Source: Octopus sinensis (Eukaryota). Taken from it: a stretch of DNA of 64,000 nt. Positions 40,015 through 54,331 of this stretch are shown here, in pieces. Location of the stretch: NCBI RefSeq assembly GCF_006345805.1, contig NC_043005.1, forward strand, positions 84,568,001 through 84,632,000. The letters run 5' to 3'. The notes below the pieces were generated by a model that worked only from the letters and a program-made list of their open reading frames with translations, made no database searches and had not been told where the DNA came from. The translations under genes were made by a program, and so were the position numbers. How positions within the stretch are numbered: position 1 is the stretch's first letter; each line of letters begins with the position of its first letter.

Positions 40015-40504
40015 ATTAAGTGTATGCGAGATGTATAGCGATGTATCTGTACATGTTTGTGCGCGTGCGCGTGCAATGTCTGTAAATGTGTGTATGTGCG
40101 TATGTGTGTGTGTGTAGTATTTGTAGGTGTGCGCATGTTTATGTGTCTGTGTGTAATGCCTGTAGGTTTGTCTGTCTATCTGTGAGTGTGTCTGTATATA
40201 TATATGTGTGTGTGTGTGTGTGTGGTGTGTGTGTAGTGTTTGTAGGTGTGTGTACGCTTGTGTGTCTGCCTGTGCGCGTGTTCCTGTGTCTGTGTGTAAG
40301 TTCTACAGGCTTGTATGTGTAAGTGAATATATGCTTGTGTGTGTGTGTGTGTGTGTATTTGTGTCTGTGTGTATGAGCGTAATTCTGAATATGTGTGTGT
40401 GTGTTTGTGTGAATAATTTGCATATATTTGCATGTGTGTGTGAGATGTGAATATATTTGTGTATGCGTTTGCATGTAAGCATGTATTTATGTGTAATGTG
40501 AATA

Positions 40505-40539
<35 letters not shown>

Positions 40540-41051
40540 TGTGTCTATATTTGCGTGTTTCTTTCTGTACTCGCGTGTGTATATGTATGTTTTTGTATGT
40601 ATGTATGTATGTATGTATGTATGTGTGTGTGTGTGTATGTATGTATGTGTGTATGTATGTATGTATGTGTGTATGTGTGTATGTATAAAGGTTATAACAA
40701 ATATTTGTATATGTGTGTGCGTACGTGTGTATGTATATGTATGCTTGAATATACGTATATTCTTCTTTCTACATGTGTGTGTGTGTGACTGTGTGTGTGT
40801 GTGTATGTTTATATGCATCTGCGCACGTATTTATGTATGTTTGCATCTCTCTGTGTTTATATTTTATATTTCTGTTCTTTCAGCCATCAGAGTGCGACCG
40901 ACCATACTGGAGCACTGCATTGAAGGATTTTCAGTCGAATGAAGCGATCCCCGTACTTGTTGATGTATGTGTTTGTTTGTGCGGATGTGTGTGCGTGAGT
41001 GTGTGTGCGTATATGTGAGCTGCATGTTTGGGACTGTATGTATACACATTC

Positions 41052-41144
<93 letters not shown>

Positions 41145-44004
41145 AGCACTAGCCATAGATAGAAATAGAGTAGAGGGTGAACTAGTAAAGAACCTAGAAG
41201 AGGCAATTAGAAGCGGCATCGCATCCGACGTTTTGGCGGCGAGGTTGGCCCTCGACCAACACTTCAACGCCAAACACGAAGGATGTGCTGTCAGAGCTAG
41301 GATGTGCTGTCAGAGCTAGGATGCGTGCTCTAAGGAACGAAGGTGTTGAAGCCGCGAGAGAGGCCCGGGTGGCAGAGGCGCAACAGGGCAACAAAGCCAC
41401 CATTCGGTCTCTGGTAGATGAGTAGGGGCGTGAATTGCTCGAGCCAAGTAAAATGTGTGAGGCCTTTCAACAGCATTTTGCCCGACTGTTCGGGACAAGT
41501 GGCGGGCAAGAACGTAGGGTGGACTTCAGTGCCTACCTACACAGCCTACCACAACTCTCGACAAGAGAGGCAGGGTGCTGCGAAGGTGCCATCACGGTAG
41601 CGGAAGTGCAGGACGCGATGGCAGAATGCTCGAGGGACAAATCGCCGGGTTTGGATGGTCTACTCTACGAGCTTTACAGTTGTATGCCAGACTTGTTTGG
41701 AGACGTCTTGGCAGCAGTGTACTGCAACTGGCAGCAGAACGGGAGCATTCCTGGTTTTGTGAGCCGAGGAGCCGTAACACTGCTGAAGAAAGATCTAAAC
41801 AAGGGAAATGTAATAGATAACTTTAGGCCCATCACTCTGCTTAATGCAGACTTGAAAATTTTGGCCAAGGTGTTAGCCAAGAGGTTGTCGCTTGTCATAG
41901 AGAAACTGGTCGACAAGGCGCAAACGTGCGCCGTGCCGTGCCGGACCATCCATGACAACCTCCACCTGATGCGCTACATCATAGACAAGGTAGTTAACGA
42001 ACCTGACATGGGTGGGACGCTGATCAATTTGGATCAATCGAAAGCTTTCGATAGGGTAGACCATCGATACTTGGAGGCAGTCCTCAGAGCGGCTGGCTTC
42101 GGTCCCGTCTTCCGCGGCTGGATAGCCGCTTTGTACAGAGGCATCCGTTCGGTAATTCGCGTAAATGGACATCTATCGAGACCTTTCGACGTCGCACGTT
42201 CGGTCCGTCAGGGATGCCCCCTCTCGTCGCTTCTATACGTATTGACTCTCGAGCCACTACTGCGGAAGCTGGCGACTCTGAGGGGCATCCCGCGAGAACT
42301 GGGATGCGGGACGAGCGTGTCTGCATACGCGGACGACGTCACCGTCTTAGTGTCTAGCCACGAGCACATCGAGCAGGTCGGCGAGACGCTGAAAAACTAC
42401 GAAGCGGTGACAGGAGCAAAAATCAACCGGGAAAAGTCAGTGGGCTTGCGAATAGGCACCTGGAGAAGCAAGCTCATGCTGTCCACCAGCGCCTCCGTTG
42501 TGGGACGCTGGACCGACGGTCCGGTCGAGTTGCTCGGGGTCTGGTTCGGTCCGGACCTCCAAATGGAGAAGAACTGGAACGAGATAACGAGTAGGGTGGT
42601 CACTCTCGCCCGGCAATGGGCCGAGAGGAAACTGTCCCTAAAAGGTCGGGCGGAGGTGGCGAACACGTACGTTGCGTCCGTTATCTACAACCACCTGACC
42701 GTCGTGCCTTGTCCCGACCCTACCATCACCAAACTAGAACGCATTCTCTTCCGCTTCTTGTGGAAAGGATGCGTCCCGATGGTCAGGCGATCCATTTGCT
42801 GTCAACACCCGTTAAAAGGAGGACTGGGCATGTCGTGGTTGATGATGCGCAGACACGCGCTGAGATTGCGACATCTCAGGCTCTTCATAGACGACGGTGA
42901 ACAGGTGTGGTCGCCGTTTGTGAGGCACGCTTTCCCGCAGCTCGTCTCCATGACCGAACTGCAATCGTGGATCAAAAAGAGGCTGAGGAAGGGCGAATGG
43001 CACCGCGAGTGTCGCGTTGCTCTCAAGCAACTCTGCCGTCCTGGGTCAACCTTGAGTGACTCCATCACAACCAAAGCATTCTATAGGGGCTTAGTGGAGG
43101 GGAGGTACGACGACGAGCTCGGGGCGAACCTGGACGTCGACGAGGAATACCTGACCTGCCTGTTCGGGACGACTTTCGGGCCAGGGCCCATGGACAATTT
43201 CCAAGGATTCCTGGCCTGGCAGTGCTACCGATAAGCGCTACTCGTTCGGGATAAGCTCTACAGACACGGCTCGAGAAACACGGGGCCGACCTGCCCGAGA
43301 TGCGGTCAGAGCGACGAAACCGTTCTGCACGCACTCGTGCAGTGTCCAGATATTTCAGAGCTGTGGACCTTCGTCGAACAGCTGTTGTCACGTGTAGGTC
43401 GGGCCCGCCTATCGGCCGAGTCTATCGAGGATATTGTTTCACCACCTTCCTTTAAACGGGAAGGGAAAACGGTTTTCGCTTCACTGATGGCTGTGGCGAA
43501 AGAATGTGTGTGGTGGACGCGTTTGAAAGGACTGCAAACAAACACCTTCCTCTCTGGTCAGTCTCTGGTCAACTTTTTCAAGTACCACTTGAAAAGAAGG
43601 ATGAGAATAGAGAGGAAGGCTTTGTCGAACGAATGTTTTAATAAAAAGTGGGTAAAAGTGGCAAAAATGGTCAGTATGAAAGACGACACTATTTTAAGCA
43701 TAAATCTGTAACCAAAAGAGACAACGAGAAGTAAGGCGACTTACTCATGTGTTCTTTTTCGAACTGTCTGAGGTGACCTTGGTCTATTTTGTAGGTTTTT
43801 CTTTCCAAGGCTACACCTAAACTGTGAACCTTATATATATATATATTGCTTTTTTTATACACCACACAACCCACAGATCCCTATTGATCAAACGTTTTTT
43901 TTTTTTTTTGTGCCCCACCCATCCCACCTCGAAAAGAAAAAATTCTACATTGTATTTCGTCCATTTTTATTTTGTGTTTAGCCCTGTGTGGCTACAATAA
44001 AAAG

Positions 44005-44006
<2 letters not shown>
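41145..44006 (+). mobile_element. Tx1-clade LINE, 5'-truncated copy (C), 2.9 kb
   Basis: RT domain, zinc finger and 3'UTR with AATAAA; long (ATCT)n arrays at 41051-41144 and from 44007. Confidence 0.95.
41435..43234 (+). pseudogene. Tx1/L1-group ORF2 reverse transcriptase (disabled)
   Basis: KSPGLDG, FRPITLLNADLKILAK, KAFDRV, QGCPLS, YADD; 19-bp tandem duplication at 41282-41319, in-frame TAG upstream, TAA at 43232-43234 where copy B has GAA; frame resumes to 43711. Confidence 0.93.
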
Positions 44007-44063
<57 letters not shown>

Positions 44064-44064
44064 C

Positions 44065-44109
<45 letters not shown>

Positions 44110-44239
44110 GGCCTGTCTGTGTGTCTGTGTGTGTGTGTGTCTGTCTGTCTGTCTCTCTCTCTCTCTCCGTCTCTATTTCTCTCTTTCTGTCTATGTCTGT
44201 ATATATCTCTCTCTCCCCTCCCTGCCAATCTCTCTCCCC

Positions 44240-44306
<67 letters not shown>

Positions 44307-44394
44307 CTTCTTTCTCTCTCTCTCTCTACTCTCACGTGACCTGCTGGTCAATCCTTGGCGCGCTCTGTTTCTTCCCCCCTCTTTAATTCCTTCT

Positions 44395-44430
<36 letters not shown>

Positions 44431-44882
44431 CTCACGTGACCTGCTGATCAACTAGCCATTCCGCTGGTGACCGCTGCCGGTTCAACATTGTCTTCGTCCG
44501 CCGAAAAGGCATTTTTTCAAAACACGCCTGCTAGATAAGTTAAATTTGTCTAAAGTCGTAAGACACCTGCTGTTGTCCTGTTATTACCATTCTTGTTTTT
44601 AATTTAATTTTTGTTTTTTTGTATTTATATTCGTGTGGCTTCGTCCGTTTTTCTGTCCTTGTTTCGTTTACATTCGATCCTTTTTCCAAGAAATCTAATG
44701 CTCGCAGCTTAGTTTTTCATTGGAGCTTGCCGTTTCGGAGCAATATCAGGATTAATCAGCCGAAATTTGCTATGATGATCCGGTTTCTGACTGAAGATTA
44801 AAGGCTTCGAATGACCCGTCCGTTTTTTGTGTCGTCTCTTTGTGTATTTCACGTTCTTGTCCTTTTTTATATATAATTTTTA

Positions 44883-45023
<141 letters not shown>

Positions 45024-45229
45024 GTCTGTCTATCCGTTTATATGTATATTGGTGTAAGTGCGTAGTTTTGTGTGTTTAAACGTACCAGCGTGTATGTCTA
45101 CGCTTGCATGTTTGTATGCATGTGTATTTGCTCGAAGATAAACACGAGAACTCGGGTTTATGTTCATTTGTACATGTGCATATATTAGTGCGACCCCCCC
45201 CCCGCGCACACACTCTCACGCACACACTC

Positions 45230-46815
45230 ATCAGGTTGAGTTAAATTTTTTTCCCGATTTTCATCGATGATTTCGGCAACTTGTTTTTGTATGTTACATC
45301 ATTAATTTGATACATGTCTAATTGTTACTGAATAGTTTATTCTTTAATTTCGTGTATAACATATAAGCATTAATTATTTATTCATTATTTTTACAGCTGT
45401 GATAATGAGTGGCGAAAAAATTGTCATTAGAGCCAATTCACGCTACATGTGGACGAAAAGAACTGGGTGTAAGGGTAGCGGCAAAAGAAATTGACGATGC
45501 GGCAGGTCCAGGAACTGTTAACCAACATGTGGCGCAAAACTGGTTCAGACGATTCAAGGCCTCAAAGTTAAACAAAGGTCAAGGAGACTTGTAGTGGAGG
45601 ATGAAACTTTGCTTGAAATTGTCAGTCAAGCATAAGCACTCGTATATTGTTGGCAGAACTTGGTCCTTGACAAAGCACTGTAGCGTACGCTTAGTGAAAG
45701 AGCAAATACAACCTGCGAGAACTGTAACAACTCAACCGACTATGCATTGTAGCCACCACTTCTTTGTGCCTCAACTTCTTGATACAGCACTTCAACCTTG
45801 ACTACGAACTAGTATTTATCATCCTTGTGTCTGAACATTCTTCTAACGCCATATTATAGACTCTCTCAATGCTCTGTACTTATTGCACACGCATACATCC
45901 ACGTTTCTACTTACACATTATATATACATGATGACCTATCTATTATTATGTATATATGACGCACACACAGACACACATGTTAACCTATCAATAAAATCTT
46001 TCTCTTAAACATTCTACCGGTTGTGTCTCTCTTTTCCTTCTGGCACTTGTACTCATTCATACCCTTCGCATCTATTGTAATCGACCGTGTGGTGTTATAA
46101 AGAAGCCATTCATCGTCACCTCTCCTTCGCACGGTCGTTCTACAGCACCATCAATCGATATTTTCCGTAACAAATGCTGTCCAGAACCAGGCTCAACGAC
46201 GTGTGAACATTTGAAAACAACCGATGGTAAGTCTTCGTGATGCTAGTTTTTCTCGTTGGATAATAATTGGGGATGAAAAATGGGTGTATTTTCGCAATAC
46301 TAAGAGAAATCAGTGACTTCGTTCTAACCAGGTTTCAGAACCTGTTGTCAAACAATGGCGGTTGACAACAGAAAGCCATGTTGTGTGTTTGGTGGAATTT
46401 CGGTAGGGTAATACACTTTGGACTTGTCCCAGATGGTCATGCTGTGAACGCTAACAGCTGCAGCGAGTATATGATACTTTGAAAGCCCGCTACCCGGCAT
46501 TGGTCAGTCGAAGACACGCGCTTCCCCAGTACACATTGTAAATGTGACCAAGTGCAAACTTGAGGAACTGGGAAGTGCTGCCTCAGTCTGCCGGCAGTCC
46601 ATATCTTCGGCCATCAAATTACCACCTTTTCCAAGTCATTTTCTGCACTCACGGAGGTCCTACAATGTGGATGAGGCTGAAAACGGGTGCAGGGAGTTTT
46701 TTCTTTTGTTTTACCTCTAAACCAGCCAATTGGCATAAGGGTGGAATTGAGCTTCTGGCACAACGATGACAACAGACAATAGAAAATGGTGGGATACATT
46801 TTGATGAATAAAGGC
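45230..46815 (+). mobile_element. Decayed mariner transposon with internal insertion
   Basis: HTH region AAKEIDDAAGPGTVNQHVAQNWFRRFK; catalytic motifs IIGDEKWVYF, KAMLCVWWN, WEVLPQSAGSPYLRPSNYHLF; many stops and frameshifts. Confidence 0.88.
45723..46172 (+). mobile_element. Possible solo LTR inserted in the mariner ORF
   Basis: Starts TGTAAC, ends GTAACA, internal AATAAA; mariner homology resumes on both sides; no clean TSD. Confidence 0.45.
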
Positions 46816-46915
46816 TTTTCGCATATACATACATACGCGCACACACACACACACACACTCACACACACACACACATACATACATACATACATATATATAT
46901 ATATATTATATATAT

Positions 46916-46947
<32 letters not shown>

Positions 46948-47156
46948 TGTATGTATATATATATATATATATGCTTTCGGTGCGAACGGTTTTTTTTTAT
47001 TACAGCGCCGTCATTTACAATCGTGTAAATAATAGTAATGGTATTTTTATATAAGCTTAAAGCTTATGGCGATCACCGTGCAATGAGTAAGGAAAATAGT
47101 CTAATAAAGGGCATAAAAGCCCTCGACAGAAAAAAGAAGGCTTTCGTATATATATT

Positions 47157-47219
<63 letters not shown>

Positions 47220-47238
47220 ATATTAATATATATAGCTA

Positions 47239-47270
<32 letters not shown>

Positions 47271-47925
47271 CATAGATTCAGATGAATATTGTACTTAAGT
47301 TGTTGAGGCACCAGATTTAGTACGGTATTATACATACAATTTCAAAATAAGGTGGTTAGAATCAAAATAAGCAACAAAGATATCCAGGGGCAATGCAGTA
47401 CGATCGTTTCAAACAACTCCATTTAATTGAACAATACAATCATTACATCAATTTAAATGCAGAGCAATCCTCAGCTGCATTAAGACAGAGTTTAATTAAA
47501 TTAAAACAGATGGACACATTAGTATAATTTTACCTATGTATGGAAGTGGGTGTAAGAGAGAGAAGAGAGAGAGAGAGAGAAAGAGAAAGAGAATGAGAAA
47601 GAAATAGAGAGAGAAAGAGAGTGTATGTGTGTGTGCGTGCTCGCGGGCGTGCGCATTTTAGTTCTCATGAGTGGGTGTGTTTGTATGTGCGTGCTTGAGT
47701 TTGCGTCTAAGCATATTAGTTTGTGTATGTGTATATGCATCTATGTGTATGCTTGCGAGTCTGTGTACTTAGCTGTGTGGTTAAGATGTTTGCTTTTCAA
47801 ACACATGGGTTTTGAGTTCAGTCTCACCGCGTGACGCCTTCGGCAAGTATCTTTAACTATAGTGGATTTGGTAGACGAAAACTGGAAAAAGATTTCCTCT
47901 CTCTCTCTTTCTCGCTCTCTCTCTT

Positions 47926-47961
<36 letters not shown>

Positions 47962-48873
47962 GGACATCATTTTACATTAGCATTACGTCCGCACATGTCT
48001 TGTCTTAATGTTGTGTACGAGATGTATTTTGTTTGTATATTGTGTTGTGTTTGTTTTCGTCACCGTTCTCCACTGTTCGTTCATTCATTCCCAACAGCCT
48101 TTTGCTGTTTATGCCAGCAAAATGAACAATCTAATTGTTAAAGGCGCGAAATTGCTATGACTTTCGGATGACAACCGACGAGGAAAGAGCATGTCCATGT
48201 CTTGTGTGTGAATTTTCCGTTTGTTCCTTTGTCGTCCTTCTGTGCCTTTTTTGAATCTCAAATACATACATACATACATACATACATACATACATACATA
48301 CATACATACATACATACATACATGGTGGCTGCCCTCTCGTTATCGAGTATGGCCATTGCACGAAGCTTAATCAATGTTGTTATTGTTTAAAGTGAGGAAA
48401 GGCTGTGCACTGAGTCAATCCCACTCACTAAACAACAGCAGCCATAATCCGAAAAGAAGAACAAGTCAACATGATCGGTAACCACTGAGCCGCAGTTTTA
48501 TATCGGAGTTATCCCAGTTACCCGAGTTACCTTCTTCTAGAAGGATGCCCTAACAAAGGCTAGGAGTCTTTCACTCCCAATGGTTTAACCGCGCGATCGG
48601 GTATTCAGTCCGATTATTTCTATGTCCCCGCGCATGATACAGCCTTAAGACATTTATTGGATGGCCGTTGAATCTCAAGAGTTCCTCCACTCTTTGACGG
48701 GTTTTGTTTTTCATCCCGCAGGGTGTCCAATAAACACCCTCCTCGCCAATCAAACTTGGTGGGGTTGCCGGTTTAGTCGCCGACGACCCGACCATGCAAC
48801 AGGTTGTACTGGGTTACATGTTACCAGTAGCACACGAAAGTGACCTGACACATACATACATACACACACACAG

Positions 48874-49494
<621 letters not shown>

Positions 49495-49557
49495 AATAAT
49501 GATAATAATAATAATAATAATAATAAACAGAAAATATGTGTAGTAATGAGTACATTA

Positions 49558-49859
49558 CAGTGGAACTCTAAGCGGTGGTCCGCGGACCGGTGCCGGTCCG
49601 TGAGCCATCAGCTGCCGGTGTGCAGCGAGTTTCCAGAAAAGAAAGAAACATTATAAAATGCTTATGTAATATTGTATTATTTGTTTACAAAATAACTGTT
49701 AGATTAAAAAAAACTGTCAACTTTTGTTATATTTATTATATATTTGCTTCTGGTATAAATTAATATTACTAAGAAATAATACCGATCCCTGGCACATTGG
49801 AAAAAAGAAAAAAGAAAAAAAACTGCCGGTACGCCATATCAGATAGTTTGAGAAGCACT
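49558..49859. mobile_element. hAT/Charlie-like MITE
   Basis: CAGTGG...GGTCCGCGGACCGGTGCCGGTCCG at the left end; TTTGAGAAGCACTG at the right end. Confidence 0.65.
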
Positions 49860-50284
49860 GCGCTATAAGACATACACGCGATTCAGCAAACTGCCGAAAT
49901 GATTACATAACAGCAAGCAGTCATTGTGAAATCATACACTCCACCTCATCAGTGTCTCACAAATGGAAACGAGCGTAGCGATGCATTAAATGTTTATAAA
50001 GTCCATCCAAGGATTATTGTTATTATTACTGTATTTATCCTATATTATAATCGGTACAGCTCGTTGCTGTCCTCAAAACTGGTTCAGTTTACCAGTCAGC
50101 ACCATTAAATTGTGGCCAGCATGGTGGAATAGGAGTTTTATTTGCATATTCATAACGTTTTCATAAACAAATTTAAAAGATGCAATTGTGTGTGTGTGTG
50201 AGTATAAATAGTAATGGTAAGACAACAAAAGAATGAAAGAGACTTTGATGTTATGTAAATAAAGGAATTTATCTGTAATATAAT

Positions 50285-50415
50285 GTGACAATTATTCGGT
50301 TGTTGTAATAAAACTCCGAGTTTTGGATGTTGATAACTGAAGAGAATGCCGGTGCAGGTTTCCGCCCCGACATCCAAAACTCGGAGTTTTATTAAGGCAA
50401 CCGAATAATTGTCAC
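50285..50415. repeat. Inverted repeat, 46-bp arms, 39-bp spacer
   Basis: GTGACAATTATTCGGTTG..AATAAAACTCCGAGTTTTGGATGT and its reverse complement. Confidence 0.9.
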
Positions 50416-50605
50416 AGATATATTTCAGATGTGTGTGTGTGTGTGATTGTCTCACGTTGATGACGGGTTACTAATCAGAAACCCGGGTCTGTGTGTATCA
50501 CGCAGGACTACAGATGGAAACGATTATTTTACTTCGTAAATACTAATCGGATACAGACAGTGTGTCGTTAGCCAGATGGAGAAGATGTCTTCCTGGGGCT
50601 ATTCT

Positions 50606-50769
50606 AGGCGTAGGAATGGGTGTGTGGTAAGTAGCTTGCTTACCACCCTTATGGTTCTGGGTTCAGCCCCACTGCGTGGCACCTTGGGCAAGTGTCTTCT
50701 ACTATAGCTTCGGGCTGACCAATGCCTTGTGAGTGGATTTAGTAGATGGAAACTGAAAGAAACCCGTCT

Positions 50770-50860
<91 letters not shown>

Positions 50861-51072
50861 TGTGTGTATGTTTGTGTGTCTGTGTTTGCCCCTCCACCAT
50901 TGCTAGACAACTGATGCTGGTGTGTTTACGTCCCCGTAACTTAGCGGTTCGGTAAAAGAGACCGATAGCCTAAGTACTAGGCTTTCAAAGTATAACTCCT
51001 GGGGTCGATTTGTTCGACTAAAAGGTGATGGAATAGAATGACCGCAGTCAAATGACTGAAACAAGTAAAAGA
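50606..51072 (+). mobile_element. OR-like tRNA SINE
   Basis: Head, core, TA/TG microsatellite and tail. Confidence 0.85.
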
Positions 51073-51103
51073 ATATATATATTCTTTTTTGCTTTACACT
51101 TTT

Positions 51104-51147
<44 letters not shown>

Positions 51148-51748
51148 ATATATATAATATAATATGCTATTATGCAAAAGTGTCGCAAGTCCAAAAGTTG
51201 CTTTTCTTTCAGAAAACGAAAAGATAGTTCGCCATTCTATACAAAAACCGTTGTACAACACTTTGATAATTTTTCGTATGTTGGCATCTGAAGCAGCTGG
51301 AGATACGATAGTTCGACTGGTTATTGCAAGCATATATACACACATACAAAGCAAAAAAGCACTCTATTCAGTGAGAGAGTTCTAAATAGACTGGTGAATA
51401 AACTGAAGAATAAAATTAAGCCTTTAGAGATATTTTGATGGTAATTTTGTCTGTCACTATATCTTTTGGTTTAGTTTTGTCAGTCACTATATCTCTGTAA
51501 ACTGCTGAAAACGACTTTGGGCATGCATTCTTACACTGAGTGAAATGACATTAGGATCTAACGAAGGACTTATTTTAAATAATCACCTGAAGAAGTGAAT
51601 TTTACGCCATGGATGATAATGATTACAGAACATCTCACAAATGCACTAAAGGTGTAAAAATATGCCGAAACAATTGTAGGGATTTTTAAAAGAAAGAATG
51701 TCGTTCATTCCATTTTCTATCATTCATCTACTTGTATAAACTCTACAG

Positions 51749-51811
51749 ATACTATGGAATTCCTGAAGTACAACCAGTAGCTGGAACATTTCCACTGTAT
51801 GACGACATCAG
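51749..51811 (+). CDS. Candidate internal exon: (R)YYGIPEVQPVAGTFPLYDDI(R/S)
   Basis: ctctacag|A...CAG|gtaacc; 63 nt, phase 2-2; only one of three frames is open. Confidence 0.5.
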
Positions 51812-51929
51812 GTAACCGATAACTGTGAAGGTGCTTTGCATAGCATTCTACAAGGTTTTTACCCAAATTTTATTTAACTATTTATACATACTTTTATATT
51901 AAAGCTGACAAAAAAAAATCTCCACATAT

Positions 51930-52100
51930 TGTAAATTAAAGTTTCATGGTTCCGTTCATCGGGCGACTGTCCGACGAACGTTGACATGAAACGCTGAGTA
52001 ACAGTTTGTGAAGATGGTTTTGGCTTTAATAAAAGCACATTACTCTACCTTAGGTATTCGAGTACTATTTTGTTTACTACTTTGATTTGCATTTATATGC
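51930..52100 (+). mobile_element. Penelope-like fragment with degenerate hammerhead (51966-52005)
   Basis: ACTGT-CCGACGA-ACGTTGACAT-GAAAC-GCTGA-GTA-ACAGT; downstream AATAAAAGCACATTACTCTACC segment recurs reversed at ~16165-16230. Confidence 0.55.
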
Positions 52101-52125
52101 TCACTTGTGTGTGTGTGTGTATGTG

Positions 52126-52163
<38 letters not shown>

Positions 52164-52223
52164 TAAGGCAGATAGACAGACAGATAGATAGATAGATTGA
52201 TGGGTAGATAGATGGATAGATGA

Positions 52224-52288
<65 letters not shown>

Positions 52289-52325
52289 CAGATAGACAGA
52301 CATATAGATAGATAGATATATATAT

Positions 52326-52391
<66 letters not shown>

Positions 52392-53679
52392 GGACAGAGG
52401 GATTGATCAATAGATATAAAGGCGCTTGCATGTGTGTGCGTGTTTCAGTATGTGTCTATTTATGTGCCCCAGAAACGCACCATCTGGACCGGCAGTTAAG
52501 TATGTTGTATGTACCCCAGATATAAATCTAAGCATTAATTAATAAATACATAATTAAGAAAAAAAAGAGTAGGATAACCAATTCATTAAAAAGAGAGAAA
52601 AATGCCGATTAAATGCATGGAAGTCCATGTATAATTTTGTGAATGGTTCCAATTTTGATGTTGTCTAGGCACCATATCCGCTCGTCTTTTATGATTTGTG
52701 ATTAGATTTGAGTGTAAAAGCTATTAATAGCGCCGCGCCATAATTCCAGTATTGTTATATGTAAGTTTAAGATAGAATGAAAATATAAAAGGAATTGGTT
52801 ACGCGAAGTCATTACACGGAGTGAGTGAGGTGTGTGTGTGTGTGTGTATTGTGTGTACCGTGTGTGTAAGTATGTGTGTTTGTGCGTGTGTTGTCTTGTG
52901 TAGATAATGATTGAGTTAATTTCACGATACACGTTGATTCTATGGTAGTGTGTGAAATTGTATAATTATAAACACACAGACACGCACACATGCACACAGA
53001 CACACACGTATATGCTTGAGCGCGCGTTGGTTTGTGTATATTATATATATTTTTCATTTATATATATATGCATACATAAATCTATAAATGTATACACATT
53101 TATATATATGTATGTATACATCCATATATGCATACATACTTATATACATGTATGCATACTTGTATATATGTCTATATGCATACATACTTACACACACACA
53201 CACACATATATGTGTGTGTGTATATACATATATATGAATAAAAGGCACTCAACACGTTTAGTAAGAGTCGCGTATATTCTTTTCTACTCTAGGCACAAGA
53301 CCTGAAATTTTGGGGAAGGGGTCCAGTCGATTAGATCAACTTCAGAACGCAACTGGTACTTAATTTATCGCCCCCGAAATGATGAAAGGCAAAGTCAACC
53401 TCGCCGGAATTTGAACTCAGAACGTAAAGGCAGACGAAATATCGCTAAGCATTTCACCCGGTGTGCTAACGTTTCTGCCAGCTCGCCAACTTAGAGTTGC
53501 ATATATTATTATTTAAACAAGTTTGATTCTGTTATATGCGTCTTAAAGTTTCGCAGGCTTCTATACTCTGAGCGTGAACGTGTCGGGTTTCTGTTAGAAG
53601 CTTGTGAAACTTTAAGTCGCATAGAACCGAATCATGCTGTTTTGAATAGTGTATGTATGTATGTATGTATGTATGTATG

Positions 53680-53860
53680 TAGGGAGAATTCACAGAAAAA
53701 AAAAGAAAAGCAAAAAACGAAGACAGGTGGTGTAGAAAATAAACAGATATATAACGCTCGAGAAGTGAAAAGGTCTTTAACGTTTCGAGCCTACGCTCTT
53801 CCACAGAAAGGAAAAACAGAAAGACATAGGGAGAGAAAATAAAGAATGTGAGGTGGCTAG
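53680..53860 (-). mobile_element. Penelope-like pLTR fragment with hammerhead variant (53775-53810)
   Basis: CTTT-CTGTGGA-A-GAGC-GTAG-GCTC-GAAAC-GTT-AAAG. Confidence 0.7.
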
Positions 53861-53999
53861 CCATCTAAGAGTCCCACAGTGAGAGCTACTCCCTCTTGCG
53901 CCCTAACTACATCACTGACGTTACGTATTTCCCCCGATAAAACCAGTAGAACCAAAGATTTATAGATGGATTTGATAGACAGAAAAGCCTGTCGTTTAT

Positions 54000-54045
<46 letters not shown>

Positions 54046-54331
54046 GCGTGCGCGCACGCGAACGTATTGATGAAGAAAACGGAAGATAGATTTAACACTA
54101 GTCTTTATTCAGTACGGCCATCGTTTCAACCCACTCTGCAACGATCGCCGTACTGAATAAAAATTAGTGGTAAATCTATTTTCTGTTTCCTCTCTTTTGC
54201 CGAACTGCTAAGTTACGGGGATGTAAACATACCAACACCGGTTCTCAAGCAGTGGTGGGGGACAAACGCAGACACAAACACACACACACACACATACACA
54301 CACACATACACATAACGGGCGTCTTTCAGTT

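Noticed and set aside
44785-44822. CTGAAGA...CGAA as a hammerhead (also ~14660)
   Set aside because: No consistent stem I/III or NUH site could be paired
48165-48203. Half-hammerheads (ACAA-CCGACGA...GTC-TTGT; similar at ~62580-62612)
   Set aside because: GAAA strand absent; at best decayed relics
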